A program made the position numbers and the translations under genes. DNA of 64,000 nucleotides from positions 98,282 through 162,281 of the forward strand of contig JAEOTP010000015.1 in assembly GCA_016839765.1 (NCBI GenBank). The letters are read 5' to 3'. How positions within the stretch are numbered: the first letter of the stretch is position 1; each line of letters begins with the position of its first letter. Positions 10,065 to 20,534 of this stretch are shown here, piece by piece. The DNA is from Promethearchaeota archaeon. GTDB lineage: Archaea > Asgardarchaeota > Lokiarchaeia > Sigyniarchaeales > SOKP01. The notes below the pieces were generated by a model. It was not told where the DNA came from. It worked only from the letters and a program-made list of their open reading frames with translations, and searched no databases.

Positions 10065-11129
10065 TTATTTTACTATTACCATCTCATGCAAGGTATTTCC
10101 CTGTTCTTTGTAACGCGTACCATTATGAGTCAATTTTATCTCAAAATCTGAATTGAATCTGAAATATCCTGGGTTTAGTTTTAAAATATTTTTTGCTAAA
10201 AACCGTAATATAGGATTAAATTCGGAAAGTAAATGATCAGCATCAATAATTTCATTAACATTGAGAATAATTTCATTTTGTTCAGAAAGTTTGAACTTTA
10301 AAGTTTTGGGATAATTATTTCTTGCTTTTTCATTATATTGAAAATTTTCTTCTATCAATTCATATTCACCTGTGCTAAGAAGGATATCCTCATTTTTTGC
10401 GAGCATAAAAACTTTAATAGCATAGTCATCCATTTTCTTATTACATTTAATATGTGCATATATGATAGTAAAATTTTCTGAATAAACACGCCCCCAATGC
10501 CAATAATCAACAACTTTAATAAGATTAAAATTAATCCAGTTGTGGTCGTGGTACCCAATCCCTTTCACTGATATTGTCTTACTATGTATTTTAATTGTTC
10601 CTTCTACTCTTGCTCTTGGTAAAGGTATAACCCATCCAAATTCACCTAAAGTACCAAATAGAGTATATCCACTACCAGGCATCCATCCAGGAACTTGAGC
10701 AGTGTATTTTAAATGCAAACCAAATTCACCTTCATCTATAAGTATTTCATAAGCAGGGAATTTCTCATTTGAATAATCAACTTTTATATAATTATTTCCA
10801 ATTCGCACATCTGCGATTTCACGAGACACTTTCAAATCAGAACGGCTATAATTGTATACATTTTGTATTTTTTCTCCATTGGGTTTATAGATTGTGATTT
10901 CTACCCCAGTTTTCCCTGTACGTTCATGTTTTGCTCGAAAAAACCCAACCACAGTATAGCCTCCTTCAAGTCGAGCATCAAAATACCACCATTCAGTATT
11001 CCCTCTTTTTTTCATATTAATATGCAAAGCATCAAATTCGGGTTTAAAGACAGCTATACTTTTGTCTTTTCTTCCTGGTCCAGACCATGCTTCAAGTACT
11101 TTAGGCTTATTATTTTTCTTTTTTCCCAA
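10065..11129 (-). CDS. CrtC/AttH-like (lipocalin-like double beta-barrel) protein
   Basis: EWWYFDA, GYHDHNW, WHWGR motifs of the hydroxyneurosporene synthase / tocopherol cyclase-like family. Confidence 0.8.
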   Translation of the reverse strand: MGKKKNNKPKVLEAWSGPGRKDKSIAVFKPEFDALHINMKKRGNTEWWYFDARLEGGYTVVGFFRAKHERTGKTGVEITIYKPNGEKIQNVYNYSRSDLKVSREIADVRIGNNYIKVDYSNEKFPAYEILIDEGEFGLHLKYTAQVPGWMPGSGYTLFGTLGEFGWVIPLPRARVEGTIKIHSKTISVKGIGYHDHNWINFNLIKVVDYWHWGRVYSENFTIIYAHIKCNKKMDDYAIKVFMLAKNEDILLSTGEYELIEENFQYNEKARNNYPKTLKFKLSEQNEIILNVNEIIDADHLLSEFNPILRFLAKNILKLNPGYFRFNSDFEIKLTHNGTRYKEQGNTLHEMVIVK

Positions 11130-11168
11130 TTTTTATACACCTTTAGTTATTATTTAATTAAAAAAATC

Positions 11169-11585
11169 TTACTTTTTTATAAGTTCAAAAATTTTTAGTA
11201 GAGAGAGTAATTTCAAAATCCCCTTCATTTTCACTTTTCCTAATAACCAGCTACTTACTATATTTAATAAGGAAATTCTATCCATTGCTAGCGCGAGAAA
11301 TATTTGTGAGTCCATAGAGATAAAACCATCCCATCCAATAATTTTCTTCTTCAAATTAGATTTGGGTTTATTTGGAATACTTTCAACCTTTAGACGCCCC
11401 TCATTGATAGTTACTAGTGCGGCATGATTTAAATTAGAAGCATTGATTAGATATTTTTTCTTAACATTTTTGAACTTTTTTTGGAATTCTCGATTCTCAT
11501 TTAGAGGTTCCATTATATTTTTTATAAGTCCTGCAAATCCTCTTGCTTCTGGATTAATTAATTCATTTTTATTCATTTGTTTCAC
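11169..11585 (-). CDS. SCP2 (sterol carrier protein 2)-like lipid-binding protein
   Basis: WLLGKVKMKG motif and overall size typical of SCP2 domains. Confidence 0.7.
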   Translation of the reverse strand: MKQMNKNELINPEARGFAGLIKNIMEPLNENREFQKKFKNVKKKYLINASNLNHAALVTINEGRLKVESIPNKPKSNLKKKIIGWDGFISMDSQIFLALAMDRISLLNIVSSWLLGKVKMKGILKLLSLLKIFELIKK

Positions 11586-11604
11586 TTACTTTATATTTTA
11601 CTTT

Positions 11605-13164
11605 TTATTTTGCAGAAATATAAAATCCCGAATCGGCAATTCCATTCGGATCAAAAGCTTTCTTTATTTTTCTTAACCATTTATGATAATCCATCATATG
11701 TGGACCAAACTTATCATGCATCCTATCACCTTCTACGAAAAATGGAGCTCCAAGATGTTTGATTAAATCAAATTGATAGTTTTCTTCCATATTTTCAGCC
11801 ATTCCCTTAACGCTTTTCTCAGTGGTTTGATCAAACAATGTAGGAGATTCAACATGGAAATAATGTCCTGATTCGTAGGAAGTCATCCATACACCCTCTC
11901 CAAAATCATTTGCAATTACTCCTTTCTTTATATATTTCTTTTTTAAAGGGATACTCATTTTGGTAGTATTTAAACACAATGGTGCTGAGTCGCATTGACC
12001 CTTCGAGGATTGAAAACCTCCTGTTGCGATAAATCCGTGAAGACCTAAATTTGAACGTAATGCTTCTGCATAAAATAAGGAATTGGGAGTATATTTAGTT
12101 CCAATTATATTTTCTAATTTAAATTCTGCCATTATCTTATTCATTACTTTTTGCTTATATTCAAATTCACGACTAGTTCTTGCTGCTATGACTATTACCA
12201 AGGGTGCGTGGGTACTAGCGATTGGGATTTTATCCATTAATGATTCAATACTATTAGAAAATATTGCTCCTAAACCATAACCTGATAAATGACTACAAAT
12301 GAATGAGATTTCCTCCTCTTCAACCGCTAAAAAGACTTTTTCAAGATATTTATAGTTTTTACAATCCATAACGTATAATTTCATAAAATCAGGAATTTCA
12401 AATTCATAATTAGGAGAAATTCCTTTTAATTTAAACTTGGTACTGCATGGATACGGAAAGAGTTTAAAAGCAACCTTTGTAAACACACCTATACCTGATT
12501 TTGCTCCCGCCCAACCACGCATAATTCCTCGCAAACTTGGTCCCGGCCCGTCTCCACTAAACCAATCGGGATGGTTTTTAAGGCCAGTAGACCCTAACCT
12601 TAAGATTTCTCCATCAGGTAATACCCATTCAACACCTAAAACATTTCGAGCACTGTGTCCTGTGTGAGGAGAGGTAAATCCTGGTCCATTCATGCTAGTA
12701 GCGCTAGCTAAGGGTGAAACTTGAGGTCCTGCTCCCGGCATATGAACAGTTAAATCATATTTCATAGTTTCTGCTTGTAATTGTGCGCCACTTACATACG
12801 GCTCAACAACAGCATAAAGATTTTTATCATCAATTTTTACAATCTTATTCATTCTTCGTAAATCAAGAATAATGCAATTTTCTGATGATGGTTGATTCCA
12901 TGGACCGAGTCCAGTAGATTGAGCTTTAAATTGAATATGATATTTATTACAGAGTTTAACAATTTGTTGAACTTCTTCTACACTAGAAGGTAATATTATG
13001 GCTTTTGGAATAGGAGAAAAAGGAATAGGCTCTTTTTCTTCCATACAATTTACTAATTCCATACACCAATTATATGCATATGCATTTGTCATTACTTCAC
13101 TATCATCTATGTTTTCTGGACCAACTAAGTTTTGAAATTGTTCTAATATCTGTTTTTTTAACAT
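11605..13164 (-). CDS. FAD-binding oxidoreductase (VAO/PCMH, GlcD-like)
   Basis: PSSVEEVQQIVK, STGLG, LDLRRMNKI, VVEPYV, KKAFDPNG. Confidence 0.9.
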   Translation of the reverse strand: MLKKQILEQFQNLVGPENIDDSEVMTNAYAYNWCMELVNCMEEKEPIPFSPIPKAIILPSSVEEVQQIVKLCNKYHIQFKAQSTGLGPWNQPSSENCIILDLRRMNKIVKIDDKNLYAVVEPYVSGAQLQAETMKYDLTVHMPGAGPQVSPLASATSMNGPGFTSPHTGHSARNVLGVEWVLPDGEILRLGSTGLKNHPDWFSGDGPGPSLRGIMRGWAGAKSGIGVFTKVAFKLFPYPCSTKFKLKGISPNYEFEIPDFMKLYVMDCKNYKYLEKVFLAVEEEEISFICSHLSGYGLGAIFSNSIESLMDKIPIASTHAPLVIVIAARTSREFEYKQKVMNKIMAEFKLENIIGTKYTPNSLFYAEALRSNLGLHGFIATGGFQSSKGQCDSAPLCLNTTKMSIPLKKKYIKKGVIANDFGEGVWMTSYESGHYFHVESPTLFDQTTEKSVKGMAENMEENYQFDLIKHLGAPFFVEGDRMHDKFGPHMMDYHKWLRKIKKAFDPNGIADSGFYISAK

Positions 13165-13166
13165 GA

Positions 13167-14486
13167 TTATGCTACCTCTGCTAATACGTGTTTCAATTTT
13201 TCAGGTTCTAAGCCCAAGGCCATTAATATTAATTCACTAATATCATAATATTTTAATTTTGAACCGCTCTCACTTATTCCATCTTGTAAATTTGTAGAGC
13301 AAAATGGACAAGCAGATAATATAACATCAGCTCCAGTATCTTCCGCCTCTTCTATTCTTATTTTTGCGGTATTAAGTGCCATTTCAGGAAATGCGGATTT
13401 TACGCCTGCTCCAGCTCCACAACAGTAAGCATATTCTCTAATTCTTTCCATTTCTATAAATTTTAATCCAGGAATTTTTTTTAGGATGTTTCTAGGAGGA
13501 TCGTAGATACCAGCTTTACCAGTACGTTTGGGTTTAGGAGGTATGTTAATAGATATTAAAGGTATTAATTTAACCTCTTCTCCATCCCATTGTTCATATC
13601 TCTCTGCATTCCTTCCTAAATGGCAGGGATCATGATAAGTTGCTGATATTGGTATTTCTTTAGTTAACTTTAATTTACCCGCTTCAAGTAACTCATTAAA
13701 GAATTCTACAGTATGACACACTTTAAAATCATAATCTCGATATAAGGGATAATCAACCTTGAAAGTATCGTAACATCCTGCACAGCTGAATACAACTGTT
13801 TCTATTCCTTTTGATTCAATGATATCGACATTCTTATTTAGAAACTCTTGAAAAGTATGGATTTCACCGGTTCTTAATATTGGACTACCGCAGCAATATT
13901 CTTCGTCTTGTAAAATACGAAATGCTACTCCTGCTGCGTTCATTATTCTAGCTGCAGCTATTGCCATTTCTTTTCTCCTATATGATGATGTACATCCAAT
14001 GTAATAGAGTAATTTGGCATTAGGATCAATTTTAATATCATCAGGGAGCCACTTCATTCTATTTTCATGCGGTTCGCTATATGGATTGTTAACATTTTTA
14101 ACTGCGTCGGTATAGGCTTTCTGTTTTGGCATTGGACCACAACCAGCTTCAACTAATTTCTCCCTTAGTCTCATTATTATTTCAAGTGGTTCTAATGTAT
14201 TAAGAAATTTACAAGCAATAGCACAATTACCACATTCAGTACATTTATATACGATATCACGTAGTTCCTCAGAGGGTTTAATTCTGCCCATTTCTAACGC
14301 TAGAGCTAAAATAATCTTTCCACCTCCACTATAAGGATGATAATTATAAAGATCAATAGCAGGGCAAGCTGTTGCATACTTTTGACTCTTAATTTGGACT
14401 TGAGGAATCCATTTACAAATAGAACAGCGCAAACAACGTTTTATCATTTTTTGATATTCTTTTTCATCCATCTTTATCCTATTCAT
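13167..14486 (-). CDS. Fe-S oxidoreductase with CCG domains (HdrD/GlcF/GlpC-like)
   Basis: CxxCxxC...CP, CxxCxxCxxxC, CCGSP, YHDPCHLGR, CCGAG, ACPFC. Confidence 0.92.
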   Translation of the reverse strand: MNRIKMDEKEYQKMIKRCLRCSICKWIPQVQIKSQKYATACPAIDLYNYHPYSGGGKIILALALEMGRIKPSEELRDIVYKCTECGNCAIACKFLNTLEPLEIIMRLREKLVEAGCGPMPKQKAYTDAVKNVNNPYSEPHENRMKWLPDDIKIDPNAKLLYYIGCTSSYRRKEMAIAAARIMNAAGVAFRILQDEEYCCGSPILRTGEIHTFQEFLNKNVDIIESKGIETVVFSCAGCYDTFKVDYPLYRDYDFKVCHTVEFFNELLEAGKLKLTKEIPISATYHDPCHLGRNAERYEQWDGEEVKLIPLISINIPPKPKRTGKAGIYDPPRNILKKIPGLKFIEMERIREYAYCCGAGAGVKSAFPEMALNTAKIRIEEAEDTGADVILSACPFCSTNLQDGISESGSKLKYYDISELILMALGLEPEKLKHVLAEVA

Positions 14487-14513
14487 TTTCTTTTTTTTTG
14501 ATAAAATCTAGAA

Positions 14514-15983
14514 TTAATCATCAAAACAGAGAACCCCGGGATTTAAAACATTATTTGGGTCAAAAATACGTTTAATTTTTTTTAAAGCTATCGATGTTTG
14601 TTCAATATGTCTTGAATACATTTCTTTTGCCCAATAACCATATGGGCGATTAAAGAACGCTCCAGAATCCATTAAATCAATGCTAATTTCTGAGAATTTC
14701 CTTTTGATTTCATTTAATTTAATATCATTGTTTGGATCGTAAAAATAATCAAATTCACAATGGTATGAAGTCCCTTGATTAATAGGTTGAATATATATAC
14801 CTAAATCTTCAGAGTAATTAGATTCTACCATCAAGATATAATTAGAGATATTCTCAAAATTACTAAGAAAGAAAAGATCTTGATAATAACCTTTATATCT
14901 CGTTCTCCATGGTTTTGAAGTAGATTCATTTACACACCTTAAAATAACGTCGGAATTAATTAGATCAGATTTCTCTAAATGGACCAAATTAGATTCTCTT
15001 ATAAGATCATTAATATCTCCTTCAAGATAATCCAATTTATCCTCAGCCAAATCTCCTCTCCCAGATATTATAAAAATCATATTCCATTTTAAAAGAGATT
15101 TGGCTAAATTTTCTATTTCTTCACTTGTGTTTCTAACTAAACTTGCTAAATTTAAATTATTTAAAATAAAAGTTTCATCACATAATCTATACTTTGCTAG
15201 TTGTTTTTGAAAATTTAATAATTCTTCAATATTATTCGATTGATAATGGAATACTTTTTGGATTGTAGGAATTAATTCTAATTTCAAAGTAGCCCATGTG
15301 ACAACTCCTAAACTACCTTGTGCTCCTTGTATCACTCTAAAGGGGCTAAATTGTGTAGGTCCCATAGGATTCAATTGAGCTTGCCCAGCTTTTCGTTGCT
15401 GAGAGATTGTTCCTGGTCCTGCAGCTGTTCCCGTTCTAAACAAATCTCCTGTGCCAAAAACGACTTCCGTACACAACAATGGATCTGAGCTATCCCAATG
15501 ATAACGAGGGATAACGATAGGTTCCCTTTCTAGTGCGCTTGTAAGTACTGATTTTGTTCCAGTAGGATAGAGCGGTAATAATAATCTCAAACCTTTTTGC
15601 TTAAGTTTAGGGATTAGATCTCTAAAAGTAACGCCTGGTTCAATCATAACAACACGATTTTTCTTATCAAGGGAAATTATTTTATTCATCTTAGATAAAT
15701 TAATAATAACACAATTATCTTTCCTAGGAACTGTATCTCCATGTTGCTTAAGTTTAGAGCTTGAGCTTACAGGAATGATATAAAAATTCATTTGATTGGC
15801 TAATTTTAAAATTTTTAATATTTCTTGCGTTTTAGACGGCCAAATAACAAATTTTGGCACTTCTCCCATAAAAAAACTCATATCTGTAGAATATTCCTTT
15901 AAAATCTCTGGATTATTTGTAATTTTTTTAGAACCGCAGATTTTAGCTAATTGTTGAGATAAAATAAGCTCGCTTATCTTCAT
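14514..15983 (-). CDS. FAD-binding oxidoreductase (VAO/PCMH family)
   Basis: NLSKMNKI, IEPGVT, GAQGSLGVVT, FDPNNVLNPG. Start moved to ATG 15983 behind an AGGGGA RBS. Confidence 0.9.
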   Translation of the reverse strand: MKISELILSQQLAKICGSKKITNNPEILKEYSTDMSFFMGEVPKFVIWPSKTQEILKILKLANQMNFYIIPVSSSSKLKQHGDTVPRKDNCVIINLSKMNKIISLDKKNRVVMIEPGVTFRDLIPKLKQKGLRLLLPLYPTGTKSVLTSALEREPIVIPRYHWDSSDPLLCTEVVFGTGDLFRTGTAAGPGTISQQRKAGQAQLNPMGPTQFSPFRVIQGAQGSLGVVTWATLKLELIPTIQKVFHYQSNNIEELLNFQKQLAKYRLCDETFILNNLNLASLVRNTSEEIENLAKSLLKWNMIFIISGRGDLAEDKLDYLEGDINDLIRESNLVHLEKSDLINSDVILRCVNESTSKPWRTRYKGYYQDLFFLSNFENISNYILMVESNYSEDLGIYIQPINQGTSYHCEFDYFYDPNNDIKLNEIKRKFSEISIDLMDSGAFFNRPYGYWAKEMYSRHIEQTSIALKKIKRIFDPNNVLNPGVLCFDD

Positions 15984-16119
15984 AACATCCCCTTTAAAGT
16001 GCAATAACTAACAACATTTTTTAATCAATAAAGATGTTTTGATTACTATAATTAAGTGAATTTTATATATAGATTAAATCTAATTCTTTTTATACTAAAA
16101 AAATGTGGGTGGAAAATGA

Positions 16120-17526
16120 TTGAAAACTTATGACTTAATTATTGTTGGTGCTGGACCTGGTGGTTCTATGGCAGCTAAAACTGCTGCTGAAAATGGGCTT
16201 AAAACAATATTTTTTGAAAGAGGTAGAAAGCCTGGTGAAAAGAATTCTTCTGGTTGTGGATTAGGACCACGTATGTGGAAACAATTCCCATCCATGATGA
16301 AAGATTTAACTCCAGAAAAATGTCCTTCTCTGAGAGCAGGAGCAGCGGCTAGAAATTATTTCATTAATGAAGAAGGCATAGTTGTTGGCTATGTTATGAC
16401 GCGTCCAACTGAATCAGTATCTTATGAACCGGCCAAAAGCTGGATTACAATGAATTGTTATAGAAGCGAATTTGACCCATGGATTGCTGAATTTGCTACT
16501 TATGCAGGTGCTGAGTTAAAAAATTCAACTCTAATTGTGAATCTCTTAAAAAAAGATGGAAACATTTGTGGGGTGGTTGATGAACACGGAGAAAAATATA
16601 AAGCACCTATTGTTATTGGAGCAGATGGTGCTGTTTCAATGGTTGCGAAACAGAGCGGTTTAAGGACAAGATGGGCTCAGGATCAAATTACAGTTACTCC
16701 CCAATATGATTTTTTTGCTCCCCCAAATAAAATTGATGATATTATGGGAGATGAAGCACTTGCTGTTTGGTGGTCTGCAATATTCCCCGCATCATATCAA
16801 GTTTTCTTTCATGATGGTTTTCATCAAGGTTTAGGAAATTGGTTGAATAAATGGGATAAGAATCCGTTATTTTATCTAAATCGTGTTATAAACCTGAAAT
16901 ATTATCAAAGATTATTAAAAATTCTAGATGCTAAACCAAGAGAACTACAATCGCATCTTCTTCCTTGGTTAAAATATCCCTACAACACACACACCGATGG
17001 TGTTATTTTAATTGGAGATGCTGGCGGATTTCCTTGCCCTCTCGAAGCTGAAGGAATTTATCCTGCAATGGTGACAGGAAAAATTGCAGCAGAAGTTGCT
17101 GCTGAAGCAATTACATCTGAAGATATCTCAAAAAGTGCCCTCTCCAAATTTGATGAAATGTGGAAAAAAACAAGTGTTGGGGAAGAATTTGAAGCGGGAG
17201 AGGAATTATATAATATCTGGAAAGCATTGCCCTTTAGTCCTAAGGAGACGATGAGTTGGTTTGTACCGATGTTCATGGAAGTAATGGGAGGGATTTATGA
17301 TTGGTCCCAGCCACACGCGAAGCGGGTTCGCCAGATTGCTGCTCATGTCAAATCATATATGCCAAAAGCTTTACCGTTCATTATGAAATATGTATTTCCT
17401 CTAGTGGCAAAAATATTTGAGAATGATCTTGATAAAATAATGGACCCCCAGAAGTTAATGTCTGTAATTCCAAAAATTATGGATTTGCTCCCGAAAAAGA
17501 AAAAGCAAAGGAGGGAAAAATTATGA
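16120..17526 (+). CDS. FixC / geranylgeranyl reductase-family flavoprotein
   Basis: GAGPGG, ERGRKPGEKNSSG, GADG, GDAGG...EGI. Overlaps a downstream ferredoxin as in fixCX. Confidence 0.85.
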   Translation: MKTYDLIIVGAGPGGSMAAKTAAENGLKTIFFERGRKPGEKNSSGCGLGPRMWKQFPSMMKDLTPEKCPSLRAGAAARNYFINEEGIVVGYVMTRPTESVSYEPAKSWITMNCYRSEFDPWIAEFATYAGAELKNSTLIVNLLKKDGNICGVVDEHGEKYKAPIVIGADGAVSMVAKQSGLRTRWAQDQITVTPQYDFFAPPNKIDDIMGDEALAVWWSAIFPASYQVFFHDGFHQGLGNWLNKWDKNPLFYLNRVINLKYYQRLLKILDAKPRELQSHLLPWLKYPYNTHTDGVILIGDAGGFPCPLEAEGIYPAMVTGKIAAEVAAEAITSEDISKSALSKFDEMWKKTSVGEEFEAGEELYNIWKALPFSPKETMSWFVPMFMEVMGGIYDWSQPHAKRVRQIAAHVKSYMPKALPFIMKYVFPLVAKIFENDLDKIMDPQKLMSVIPKIMDLLPKKKKQRREKL

Positions 17527-17792
17527 AGATTGAAATTGATGGATTAACGAAACATATTCTAGGAACTGGTGATTTTATTTCAATCGATATTAGTAAATGT
17601 AATAATTGCGGTAGTTGTATTCTTGTTTGTCTGGTAAATTTATGGGGTAGAAAAGATAATAGGATATATATTTCAGAGGATTATAAAGAGAAATGTTTAG
17701 AATGCGCTGCTTGTTATCAGGTTTGCGATGCTGGTGCTATAAGTTTCCAGTATCCAGCGGGTGGTACAGGAGTGATTTATGAAAAAGGCTAA
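17523..17792 (+). CDS. FixX-like 2x[4Fe-4S] ferredoxin
   Basis: CNNCGSCILVC, CLECAACYQVC, YPAGGTGVIY tail. Confidence 0.88.
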   Translation: MKIEIDGLTKHILGTGDFISIDISKCNNCGSCILVCLVNLWGRKDNRIYISEDYKEKCLECAACYQVCDAGAISFQYPAGGTGVIYEKG

Positions 17793-17899
17793 TTTCCTTT
17801 TTAACTCTATTTTTTTACAAGAATCTAATTTTAAAATAAACAATTAAATAAGATATTAATTAATTTAAATTAATTTAAAACCAAATTAATGGGGATTTT

Positions 17900-18280
17900 A
17901 TGAATAAAAAATTGTACTACAAATATTTGTTTATTGTTGCTGCCCTTTATAACATAGTGAATTCAGTGATTTTTATATTTATTTCTATTTTTGCTACTGA
18001 GCTCTTTCCTCTATTTGGAGTAGCTCTTCCACCTAGTATGATCTGGTTGCAATTATCTCTGATTTTAATTTTAATTTTTGGAATAGGGTATTTTATAGTA
18101 AGTAGAGATTTAGAGAAGAATCATGGACTTGTTCTTATTGGTGCTTTTGCTAAACTAATGTTTTTCATCTTAACATTAATGTATTTCATATTGGGAGATG
18201 TAAATATTCTAATTGTTTTATTAGGTGGTATTGATTTAATAATGGTATGTTTATTTATTGAATTTCTATTGAAATTTTGA
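17900..18280 (+). CDS. Small 4-TM membrane protein
   Basis: Four hydrophobic segments in 126 aa. GGGG RBS. Confidence 0.8.
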   Translation: MNKKLYYKYLFIVAALYNIVNSVIFIFISIFATELFPLFGVALPPSMIWLQLSLILILIFGIGYFIVSRDLEKNHGLVLIGAFAKLMFFILTLMYFILGDVNILIVLLGGIDLIMVCLFIEFLLKF

Positions 18281-18294
18281 AATTCTTGATTACG

Positions 18295-18399
18295 ATGAAT
18301 TATCCAAAAAACAAATTTAAACTTTTATTTTTTACTCCACATGCAGATGATATTGAGCTAGGCACACCTTTTATGTATTTAGATGCTTTAAGCTTCTAG
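18295..18399 (+). pseudogene. N-terminal remnant of a PIG-L/LmbE-family deacetylase
   Basis: Hand translation MNYPKNKFKLLFFTPHADDIELGTPFMYLDALSF*, which contains the PHxDDxE Zn motif and then stops. Confidence 0.7.
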
Positions 18400-18450
18400 G
18401 ATTATAATATTTAATAAAATAAAATTAATTTATTTTATATAAAAAATAAA

Positions 18451-19443
18451 TCAGCTTATATATTTTGCTTGTCCTGAAGAGCCTAAGACTTCTTTATTCT
18501 TTCTTATTATCATTTCAATTAATTCTTGACGCGCAGTTCCAAGATACAGTCTTGGATCAAAATGATCTACGTGTTCTTTAAAATATTTTCTTATCATAGC
18601 TGTAAAAAGTATGCGGCTATCTGTAGCTACATTAATCTTACATACACCATGTTGCGTCGCTTTTCTTAATTGAGTTTCTGGCACTCCAAAACTCTTTTTT
18701 AAGGATCCTCCATAATTATTAACTATGTCAACATATTTTTTTGGGACTGAGGATGCTCCATGAAGTACTATTGGAAATTTTCCTAATCTCTTTCTTATCT
18801 CTTGGAGAATATCAAATCTTAGTTCTGGTATATCTTCTGCTCTTTCTACCTTAAATTTATAGGCCCCATGAGATGTTCCTATAGCTATTGCCAAGGAATC
18901 ACATCCCGTTCTATTTACAAAATCTTCCACTTGTTCGGGGTCGGTATATTGTTGAATTTCTACTTCTTTACCTTTATCTTCTCTGCCTATAATCCCTAAT
19001 TCTGCTTCTACATTAACGTTTCTTTGATGAGCATAATTTGCTACTCTTTTTGTTATCATAACGTTCTTCTGATATTCTAAATGACTTCCATCAAACATTA
19101 CACTAGAAAAACCGATATCAATACATGCTTTACACGATTCAAAGGAACTTCCATGATCTAAATGTAGTGCAATTGGAATATCATACCCTAAATCTTTTGA
19201 CATTTTAACGCATCCTTCTCCCATATATCGAATCATTGTTTTATTTGCATACTTTAAGGAAGTTTGGGTAATCTGAATAATGACGGGTGAATTTGAATCT
19301 CCACAACCAATAATAATTCCTTGTAATTGCTCAAGATTACTTGCATTATATCCAGGTATAGCGAATTTCCTTTCCAAAGCTACTTCAAACATTTCTTTTG
19401 TATTTGAAAGCCCCAATTCTTCAAATGAAACCATATTTATCAC
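18451..19443 (-). CDS. fba: Fructose-bisphosphate aldolase class II
   Basis: ALHLDHG, SVMFDGS, VEAELG, IGTSHGAYK, VLHGASS, KINVATD. Confidence 0.95.
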   Translation of the reverse strand: MINMVSFEELGLSNTKEMFEVALERKFAIPGYNASNLEQLQGIIIGCGDSNSPVIIQITQTSLKYANKTMIRYMGEGCVKMSKDLGYDIPIALHLDHGSSFESCKACIDIGFSSVMFDGSHLEYQKNVMITKRVANYAHQRNVNVEAELGIIGREDKGKEVEIQQYTDPEQVEDFVNRTGCDSLAIAIGTSHGAYKFKVERAEDIPELRFDILQEIRKRLGKFPIVLHGASSVPKKYVDIVNNYGGSLKKSFGVPETQLRKATQHGVCKINVATDSRILFTAMIRKYFKEHVDHFDPRLYLGTARQELIEMIIRKNKEVLGSSGQAKYIS

Positions 19444-19535
19444 TTTTTATATTGTTAAAATTAATTATATAATATCAGTATAAAAAAGCTTAAAAATTGA
19501 AGAGTTAAATTTAGATTAAGTATAATTTTGTAATT

Positions 19536-20465
19536 ATGATAAAACCACATCGAATTGATATTCATCATCATATTCTCCCTCCAGAATATTTAAAATCATT
19601 AGCTAATATTGGAATTACTACTGTCACTAATATATCTTTTCCTAAATGGGATCCAGAGCATAGCCTTGAGTTAATGGATCGCCAAGGTATTGCAATAACA
19701 ATAACCTCCATATCTTCCCCAGGTATATATTTTGGAGATATTGAATTTACAAGAAATCTTGCGCGCATTTGTAATGAATATTCAGCCAACTTAATAAAAA
19801 AGTATCCAGAGCGTTTTGGGGGTTTTGCCACCTTACCTATTCCTGACTTTAAGGCTTCACTACGAGAGTTGGAGTATGCCTTAGATACATTAAACTTAGA
19901 TGGGGTTGTACTACTCACAAATTTTAATGGCAAATATATTGGGGATCCTGAATTTGATGAGCTCTTTTTAGAGCTGAATCGGCGAAATACAGTAGTGTTT
20001 ATTCATCCAGATATTCCCCCTAAAGAAAAATTACCTAATCTTAAATTACCATCCTCTGTTTTAGAATTTGTTTTTGATACAACACGAGCAATTTCAAACC
20101 TTATGCATCAAGGTATTTTTAAAAAGTATCCTAAAATTAAATTTATTTTTGCCCATGCTGGAGGAACAGCGCCCTATATCGCATGGCGAATTACCTTTGG
20201 AAATAAAAGATTAATTAAACAATTCAAGGAACTCTATTATGGTACAGCATTAACTGCAACAAGGAATGTTTTTCAATCTATCATCGAATTAGCGGATCCT
20301 TCTCATCTACTCTTTGGCAGTGATTTTCCATTTGTGCATGAAATAAAGATAAAAGAAATGATTCAAGGAATTAAAAACTATAGTGAATTTAACGAGCAAA
20401 CACGCCTAGCTATAGAACAAGAAAATGCATTATTACTTTTCCCTAGGCTTAAATCTTATCTCTAG
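19536..20465 (+). CDS. Amidohydrolase-2 family (aromatic acid decarboxylase-like)
   Basis: IDIHHH, VFIHP, FDTTRA, AHAGG, LFGSDFPF. Confidence 0.9.
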   Translation: MIKPHRIDIHHHILPPEYLKSLANIGITTVTNISFPKWDPEHSLELMDRQGIAITITSISSPGIYFGDIEFTRNLARICNEYSANLIKKYPERFGGFATLPIPDFKASLRELEYALDTLNLDGVVLLTNFNGKYIGDPEFDELFLELNRRNTVVFIHPDIPPKEKLPNLKLPSSVLEFVFDTTRAISNLMHQGIFKKYPKIKFIFAHAGGTAPYIAWRITFGNKRLIKQFKELYYGTALTATRNVFQSIIELADPSHLLFGSDFPFVHEIKIKEMIQGIKNYSEFNEQTRLAIEQENALLLFPRLKSYL

Positions 20466-20534
20466 AAATTATACTAAAAATTATCTTGAGATTTTGATAA
20501 AAACTCTCAATTAAAAAAAAGAAGATTGTAAATT

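Noticed and set aside
17850-17880. AT-only palindromes (TTAATTTAAATTAA)
   Set aside because: Expected by chance at this base composition.
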